Shown here: positions 58,584 through 64,000 of the stretch, in pieces
Position numbering within the stretch: the first letter of the stretch is position 1
How the letters are laid out: each line of letters opens with the position of its first letter
Origin: Spirochaetia bacterium
GTDB taxonomy: Bacteria > Spirochaetota > Spirochaetia > SZUA-6 > Bin103
Direction: 5' to 3'
Assembly: GCA_965203515.1 (NCBI GenBank)
Contig: OZ241907.1
Coordinates: 1,536,001-1,600,000, forward strand
DNA: 64,000 nt
Program-made: the position numbers and the translations under genes
The notes under the pieces: generated by a model
Databases searched by the model: none
The model's input: only the letters and a program-made list of their open reading frames with translations
What the model was told of the DNA's origin: nothing

Positions 58584-60827
58584 TCACTCGTCCCCTCCTA
58601 CCTGCACCCGAAGCTGCTGGCCGGCCAGGGTCTGGCGCGCCCAGAACAGGTTCTGGCTCGCGTCGTTGCCGCCCGCCACCAGGTTCGCGGTGCCGGTCGC
58701 GGTGGTGCCGCCGCTCGGCGCCGCCGTAAAGGTCACGGTTGGCGCGGTCACGTAGCCGCTCCCCCCGTTGGTAATCTCCACCGACCGGATGACGTATTCG
58801 AAGACCGCGGTGCCGACCGCCCTGGTGCCGCCGGTCGGCGCCGCCGTAAAGGAGACGGTCGGGGCGGAGGTGTAGCCGCTGCCGGGGTTGGTGACCGTCG
58901 CCGACGGAACGGCGTAGACCACGCTGGCGGTGGCGGTCGCCCCGCTGCCGCCACCGCCGGAAAAGGAGACGGTGGGCGCCGAGGTGTAGCCGCTCCCCGC
59001 GGTCCCGGCCGTCACCGAGCCGACCCCGTAGTTCATCACCGCGGTGCCGGTCGCCGCGGTGCCGCCGGACGGCGCCGAAAAGGTCACGGTGGGCGCCGAG
59101 GTGTAGCCGCTCCCCCCGGCGGTGACCATCACCTCATCCGCCTCGACGACCACGGTCGCGGTGGCGGCCGCCCCGCTGCCGCCGCCGCCGGAGAAGGAGA
59201 CGGTGGGCGCCGAGGTGTAGCCGCTCCCCCCGCTGGTGACGTCAACCCCGGTGATGGTGCTGCCCATCACCGCGCGGTAGCCGGCGCCGCTGCCGCCGCC
59301 GCCGGTAAAGGTGATCGTGGGGGCGGAGGTGTAGCCGCTCCCCGCGTTGGTGACGTCGACCCCTCGAATGTTGGAGTACATTCTCACGTTGAACGCTGCC
59401 CCCGTGCCTACCGTAATGGAGACCGTGGGGGGCGAGGTGTAGCCGCGCCCCCGGTTGGTGAATACGAGGCGGTCCGCCCGCCCGTCTGAATGCCTGCTCA
59501 AGGTGGCGGTTGCCCTGGTGCCGCCGGACGGCGGCGCCGAGAGGGTCACGACGGAGGCCGACGTGTAACCGCTGCCGTCGGCGGTTTTCGGCGCGCTCTG
59601 GACGGCGTCGGGCCCCCACGCGGTGCCGGTCGCGGTGGTGCCGCCGGCCCGTTGTGGGGCCGAGAAGGTCGCGGTCGGGACCGAGGTGTAGCCGCTCCCG
59701 TACTGATTGCCGATCCTCGTCACGGAAGCGACGCTGTCGGGCCCGGTCGCGGCGGCGGCAGCTCCGCTGCCGCCGCCGCCGGAGAAGGAGACGGTGGGGG
59801 GCGAGGTGTAGCCGCTGCCGGCGGTCCCGACGTTCACCGAAGTGACGGCCCCGCGCGTCGTCGCGGTGGCGGTCGCGCCGCTGCCGCCGCCGCCCGAAAT
59901 GGTGACCGTGGGCGCCCCCGTATAGCCCGCTCCCCGGGTATCGAGCGTCACCGAAGCGACGCGGCCGCTGAGCGCCGCGGTGCCGGCCGCGTCGGTGCCG
60001 CCGGCCGGCGCCGCCGAGAAGGAGACGGTGGGCGCCGAGGTGTAGCCGCTGCCGGCGGTATCCATGTCCACCGAAACGACGCTGCCGCTGATATCCGCGG
60101 TGGCGGCCGCGCCACTGCCGCCGCCGCCGGAAAAGGAGATGGTGGGCGCCGAGTTGTAGCCGGCGCCGGCGGTCGTGACGTTCACCGAACCGACGCCGCC
60201 GCCGCCCGCTACGTCGGCGGTTGCCCGGGTGCCGCCGGCCGGCGGCGCCGCCAAGGTCACGCTGGGCGCCGAGGTGTAGCCGCTGCCCCGCTCGGTAATC
60301 GTGACCGACTCGACGGTGTCCGAGGCGCCCGACTGATCCGGGGCGGTGAGCACCAGCACGATCGAGCCCGCGCTCACTTCGGCGCCAACAGTCCACTGCG
60401 CGCCTGAGATGTCGTCGGCGAAGGCCGGCGCGGTCGCCATGCTCGTGAACGGCAGTTCGTTGCCGCCGATCGACACGGTCACCGTTTCGCCCTCGGCGCC
60501 GGTGATCCCGTCCCAGGCGAACGGCTCGGAGCGGATCGTCAAGGCGCTCGGGTCCGCTGCGTCAGGCAACGGCAGCGCCGATGACCAGGCATCATCCCCG
60601 ATGTCCCAGCGCTGCTCGGCCGCCGGCGAAGTCGGGGCCGGCGTGGTCGGCGACCCGCCATTGCCGCCGGCGCCTCCGCTCCCTCCATTGCCGCCCGCGC
60701 CGCCCGCGCCGGCGCCGGTCGCGACCGGCGGGGCCGTCTGCTGGCACGCCAGCAGGGCGATGCCGGTGACTGCGGCCAGCGCCAGAAGCGCGGCCTTGCT
60801 GCTCATACCTTTGACCTTCCTTGCCAC
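58584..60827 (-). CDS. Large Gly/Ser/Thr-rich lipoprotein with 14 GSGYT(S/A)P repeats
   Basis: GTG 60827 after AGGAGG (alternative ATG 60806); LLAC lipobox; Gly-rich tether; 14 repeats of about 40 aa. Confidence 0.85.
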   Translation of the reverse strand: MARKVKGMSSKAALLALAAVTGIALLACQQTAPPVATGAGAGGAGGNGGSGGAGGNGGSPTTPAPTSPAAEQRWDIGDDAWSSALPLPDAADPSALTIRSEPFAWDGITGAEGETVTVSIGGNELPFTSMATAPAFADDISGAQWTVGAEVSAGSIVLVLTAPDQSGASDTVESVTITERGSGYTSAPSVTLAAPPAGGTRATADVAGGGGVGSVNVTTAGAGYNSAPTISFSGGGGSGAAATADISGSVVSVDMDTAGSGYTSAPTVSFSAAPAGGTDAAGTAALSGRVASVTLDTRGAGYTGAPTVTISGGGGSGATATATTRGAVTSVNVGTAGSGYTSPPTVSFSGGGGSGAAAAATGPDSVASVTRIGNQYGSGYTSVPTATFSAPQRAGGTTATGTAWGPDAVQSAPKTADGSGYTSASVVTLSAPPSGGTRATATLSRHSDGRADRLVFTNRGRGYTSPPTVSITVGTGAAFNVRMYSNIRGVDVTNAGSGYTSAPTITFTGGGGSGAGYRAVMGSTITGVDVTSGGSGYTSAPTVSFSGGGGSGAAATATVVVEADEVMVTAGGSGYTSAPTVTFSAPSGGTAATGTAVMNYGVGSVTAGTAGSGYTSAPTVSFSGGGGSGATATASVVYAVPSATVTNPGSGYTSAPTVSFTAAPTGGTRAVGTAVFEYVIRSVEITNGGSGYVTAPTVTFTAAPSGGTTATGTANLVAGGNDASQNLFWARQTLAGQQLRVQVGGDE

Positions 60828-60892
60828 TTGATTCCTTCCTCCTGAGTGCGCCGGGCCGGAGCTGCCGCGGCCGGCCAGAATCTTCGGTCTAT

Positions 60893-60915
60893 GGGGGGGG
60901 GGGGGGGGGGGGGGG
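60893..60915. repeat. Homopolymer G23 (C23 on the coding strand)
   Basis: 23 consecutive G between cmk and the repeat lipoprotein. Confidence 0.9.
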
Positions 60916-60927
60916 AGCATGCGTTTC

Positions 60928-60956
60928 AGTATCGGCGTCGGTCGAATCGGTGTCAA
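60928..60956 (-). promoter_or_regulatory. Sigma70-type promoter for the repeat lipoprotein
   Basis: Minus strand TTGACA (60956-60951), 17-bp spacer, GATACT (60933-60928). Confidence 0.6.
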
Positions 60957-60964
60957 CGCAGAGG

Positions 60965-61624
60965 TCAGTCGAGAAGATTGCGCGACCGCAGCGCCTCCAG
61001 TATCTTGCCGACGACCGCGTGCTGGTCGAGGTCTTCGGTGTCGACGACGCAGTCGGCTTGCGCGGCGTCGTCGATGTCGATGTCGTACAGCCGCAGATAG
61101 CGGCGGCGGTCGCGGCGGTCGCGCACGCCGGTGGCAGCGAGCGCGGCGCGATACGATATCGCCTCCCGCGACGCGATGCGCGCCGCCCGCGTCTGCTGAG
61201 ACGCCTCCAGGTAGACCGACAGATCCTGCTCGTCGAGTAGCCAGATCGCCAGCCGCGTGCCGACCACGCACCCGCCTTCGGCGGCAAGCTCCACCAGCCG
61301 GTGGTCCAGATCGTGATCGACCGATTGATCGTACTCGGCCAGTTCCCAGAGCTGCTCGAAGGTCAATCCGCGCTCGCGCGCCAAGTCGCGCAGGGTGAAG
61401 TTGATCAGCCGCAAGCCGAGCCGTTCGGCGACCAGGCGCGACACGGTGGAGTTGCCGCAGCCCGACTTGCCGGAGATCGTGATCACCAGCCGGCCGGCGC
61501 GGCCGCTCATCCGGCCATCTTCGCCCCGCGGCGCCGCCGAGGAGCGGGTCGCCGCGCGATCGCTCGACGCCGGCCGATCGCTCGACGCCGGCCGGTCGCT
61601 CGACGCCGGCCGGTCACTCGACAT
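60965..61624 (-). CDS. cmk: Cytidylate kinase (type 2, archaeal-like)
   Basis: ITISGKSGCGNST, D..LD, RLA.W, RAARIA.RE, RY..LYDID. Alternative start at 61510. Confidence 0.8.
   Translation of the reverse strand: MSSDRPASSDRPASSDRPASSDRAATRSSAAPRGEDGRMSGRAGRLVITISGKSGCGNSTVSRLVAERLGLRLINFTLRDLARERGLTFEQLWELAEYDQSVDHDLDHRLVELAAEGGCVVGTRLAIWLLDEQDLSVYLEASQQTRAARIASREAISYRAALAATGVRDRRDRRRYLRLYDIDIDDAAQADCVVDTEDLDQHAVVGKILEALRSRNLLD
61557..61622. repeat. 18-bp tandem repeat (SSDRPA x3) at the cmk 5' end
   Basis: cgctcgacgccggccg(a/g)t repeated three times. Confidence 0.85.
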
Positions 61625-61629
61625 GACGG

Positions 61630-62514
61630 TCACTCCACATTGCGTAGCTGCTCGCGCATGCGCTCGACGTTCTCCTTGACCGCCAGCACGTGGCCGTCGA
61701 CGTCGGCCGACGCCGCCTTGGCGACGATCGTATTGGCCTCGCGGAGCACCTCCTGACAATAGAACTCGAGCTTCTTGCCGTGCGGGCCCTCGACGCCGGC
61801 CATGCCGTCGCGCATGCCGTTCAGGTGCGCGCGCAGTCGCTGCAGCTCCTCGTTGACGTCGGACCGCGCCAACAGCAGGGCGACCGCGGGCACGACCCGG
61901 TCGGCGGCGGCCTCGGAGGCCAGCAGCCGGTCGATCCGTGCCTTCACGTCGCCCTCCAACCGTTCCTGCCACGCCGCCGCCAGGCTGGAGAGCCGGCCCG
62001 CCTCCGCCTCCACCCGTTGCAGACAGGCCGACAGATCGGCGGCCAGCTCCGCCCCTTCCCGCTCGCGCTCGGCGTCCAGCCGCTGCAGAGCCTGCTCGGC
62101 CGCCTCCAGCGCGCCGGCTCGGACCGCGGCGCCCGCGTGGTCCTCGCTCGGTTCCGCCTCGATCACGCCCAGGCCAAGCTGCCGGTCGGCGGCCAGCAGG
62201 TCCCGTACCGTGAGCTCCCCGCTCAGGCCTGCCGCGCGGGCGATCCCGCGCAGCAGGTCGGCGGCGGCCGCCGCCCGCGCCGCGCTTACGCGCGGCCGCG
62301 CCGCCGCGCCGGTCACCCGGATCTGCAGCTCCACGCGCCCGCGCGTCATCCGCCCGGCGATCAGCGCCCGCAGCGCCGGTTCCAGGGCGGCGAGCCCCTG
62401 CGGTACCGAGACGCCGGCATCCAGGAAGCGGTTGTTGTAGCTGCGGACTTCGGCGGTGATGTCGATCCCGTCGACGTGGCGTTCGGCACGGCCGAAACCG
62501 GTCATGCTCTTCAT
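61630..62514 (-). CDS. yicC: YicC/YloC family endoribonuclease
   Basis: MKSMTGFGR, RSYNNRFLD, RGRVE, DVNEEL.RL, QE..REANTI, REQLRNVE. Confidence 0.92.
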   Translation of the reverse strand: MKSMTGFGRAERHVDGIDITAEVRSYNNRFLDAGVSVPQGLAALEPALRALIAGRMTRGRVELQIRVTGAAARPRVSAARAAAAADLLRGIARAAGLSGELTVRDLLAADRQLGLGVIEAEPSEDHAGAAVRAGALEAAEQALQRLDAEREREGAELAADLSACLQRVEAEAGRLSSLAAAWQERLEGDVKARIDRLLASEAAADRVVPAVALLLARSDVNEELQRLRAHLNGMRDGMAGVEGPHGKKLEFYCQEVLREANTIVAKAASADVDGHVLAVKENVERMREQLRNVE

Positions 62515-62533
62515 CGGGCGGGGCCTGCCTCAG

Positions 62534-64000
62534 CTACCGCTCTGCAGGCGCGCCCTGCAGGCGTTCGCGCAGTCGTTCGCCCAGCTTCCAGTTATCCCCG
62601 GCGCCCATGGTCACGAAGACGTCGCCCGGCCGTACCGAACGCCGCGCGATCTCCAGGGACTCCGGGTCGTCGACGCCCGGCGCATAGCGGACCGCCGGAT
62701 GCCGGCGTTCGACGGCGCGGTACAGGTCGCGCCCCGATATACCGTGGTCGTTGCGCTCGCGGGCCGACGCATAGATGTCGTGCAGTATGACCCGCTCGGC
62801 ATCGCCGAAGACAGTGGCGAAGTCGTCCAGCAGCCGTTCGGTACGGGAAAAGGTGTGCGGCATGAAGTCGACGACCAGCGGCCGGCCGGCAAAGAAGCGC
62901 CGCAGCCCGCTCAGGGTGACGCGTATCTCGGTGGGGTGGTGTCCGTAGTCTTCGACGAACGTGACGCCGCCCGCATCGCCGACCACCTCGCTGCGGCGCC
63001 GCGTGCCGGCGAACCGGGACAGCCCCCGTGATACGGCGTCGAAGGCGGGCGCGCCGCCGCGCAGGCGTCGGTACGCGGCGGACCCGGCCGCGACCGCCAG
63101 CGCCGCGTCCTTGGCGGAGTGGAGCCCCGGCACCCGCAGGGAGAAATCGCCGGGATACGCCGCCAGCCGGAAGCCGGTCCGGCCGGCGGCCAGCGTGACG
63201 CCGGCCAGCCGATAGGGGCCGGCGGCGGCGCGCCCGACCGGCGTGCGCACCACGTCGGTCCGCTCGGCGCCGACCGTCGCGGCGACGTCGACGGCGCCCG
63301 CATCGTCGGCGTCGTAGATCAGCTCGCCGCCGTGCGGCAGCCGCCGGCAGAACTCCACGAAGGCGGCCGCGGTGTCGCGGTAGTCGGCGAAGTAATCGAC
63401 GTGCTCCCACTCCACGCCGGAAAGCACGATGCGGTCCGGGTGGTAGTGGAGGAAGTGGCGCCGGTACTCGCAGGTCTCGGCGGCGAGCAATTCGGCGCCG
63501 CGGTTCAGGGTGCTGCGGTCGCCGAGGCTGCGGGCCGGGCTGCCGGCCAGCACCGTGGCCGGCAGCTCGAACGCATCGAGCAGGGTGCCGAGCATGGCGG
63601 TGATGGTGGTCTTGCCGTGGGTGCCGCATACCGCGATCGCTTCGCACTGCGCGGACAGCGCTCCCAACGCCTGCGGGTAGTTGAGCAGCGGCAGACCCGC
63701 TTCCCGCGCCGCGCGCAGCTCCGGGTGGCGCTCCGGGTCGTACGCCGCCGAGTGGACCACCAGATCGACGCCGCGCACGTTGCCGGGGTCGAACCGAAGC
63801 ACCGGCACGCCGATCCGTCCCAGAACCGACGTGGTGAAGAACGGCTCGTCGACGTCGGAGCCGGTGACGACCGCGCCGCGGGCCAGCAAGACCTCCGCGA
63901 ACGCCGCCATACCCTGTCCGGCGATGCCGACCAGGTGCACGGCGCGCCCGCGGAGACGGCGGAACAGCGCCGTGATCGCATCGCCGGCGGCTGCGCCGTC
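62534..64000 (-). CDS. murC: UDP-N-acetylmuramate--L-alanine ligase (5' end probably outside the window)
   Basis: HLVGIAGQGM, GTHGKTT, EHVDYF, GTRRR, DYGHHPTE, PHTFSRT, MGAG. Frame is open to the window edge. Confidence 0.93.
   Translation of the reverse strand, partial: DGAAAGDAITALFRRLRGRAVHLVGIAGQGMAAFAEVLLARGAVVTGSDVDEPFFTTSVLGRIGVPVLRFDPGNVRGVDLVVHSAAYDPERHPELRAAREAGLPLLNYPQALGALSAQCEAIAVCGTHGKTTITAMLGTLLDAFELPATVLAGSPARSLGDRSTLNRGAELLAAETCEYRRHFLHYHPDRIVLSGVEWEHVDYFADYRDTAAAFVEFCRRLPHGGELIYDADDAGAVDVAATVGAERTDVVRTPVGRAAAGPYRLAGVTLAAGRTGFRLAAYPGDFSLRVPGLHSAKDAALAVAAGSAAYRRLRGGAPAFDAVSRGLSRFAGTRRRSEVVGDAGGVTFVEDYGHHPTEIRVTLSGLRRFFAGRPLVVDFMPHTFSRTERLLDDFATVFGDAERVILHDIYASARERNDHGISGRDLYRAVERRHPAVRYAPGVDDPESLEIARRSVRPGDVFVTMGAGDNWKLGERLRERLQGAPAER

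Noticed and set aside
58700..60330. Regularly spaced ~30-bp repeats (gccgaggtgtagccgct...) resembling a CRISPR array
   Set aside because: Period of about 120 bp, codon-position degeneracy and similar spacers show they are coding repeats of the lipoprotein; no cas genes.
60807..61271. Poly-Pro N-terminal extension of the lipoprotein through the C-tract (frameshift-type switch)
   Set aside because: The extension overlaps cmk; the RBS and signal peptide place the start at 60827 or 60806, so the tract is untranslated.

Overview
Very GC-rich bacterial chromosome segment, probably from a Spirochaetota lineage. That assignment is an inference from the spirochaete-like solute-binding protein N-terminus, the cyclophilin-FKBP fusion, the bactofilin, the short RpoZ and the COX24-like peptide after miaA. 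The core content is: a carbohydrate ABC system split by two hydrolase-like genes; many metabolic enzymes; tRNA-Lys(TTT) and tRNA-Gly(CCC); comEC-rsmA-tyrA; and a long minus-strand housekeeping run (murC-yicC-cmk-[repeat lipoprotein]-rpoZ-miaA-small basic peptide-folP-acpS-truA-UDG-priA-def-fmt-PASTA). The accessory elements of most interest are: (1) a compact RiPP locus (39665-41671) with two tandemly duplicated NHLP-leader precursors carrying unrelated Trp-rich cores, followed by an uncharacterised, probably prenyltransferase-like enzyme, downstream of an ABC-2 exporter; (2) a 747-aa lipoprotein with 14 GSGYT repeats inserted between cmk and rpoZ, with a 23-nt G/C homopolymer just inside its predicted transcript; (3) a DNA adenine methyltransferase cleanly split by an IS3 element (30-bp inverted repeats, ATT target duplication), next to an HNH gene with internal palindromic repeats; (4) the 5' end of a DUF1156 methyltransferase at the left edge; (5) a serine-palmitoyltransferase-like gene coupled to fabZ. 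All product calls come from motif recognition by eye; no database searches were run.
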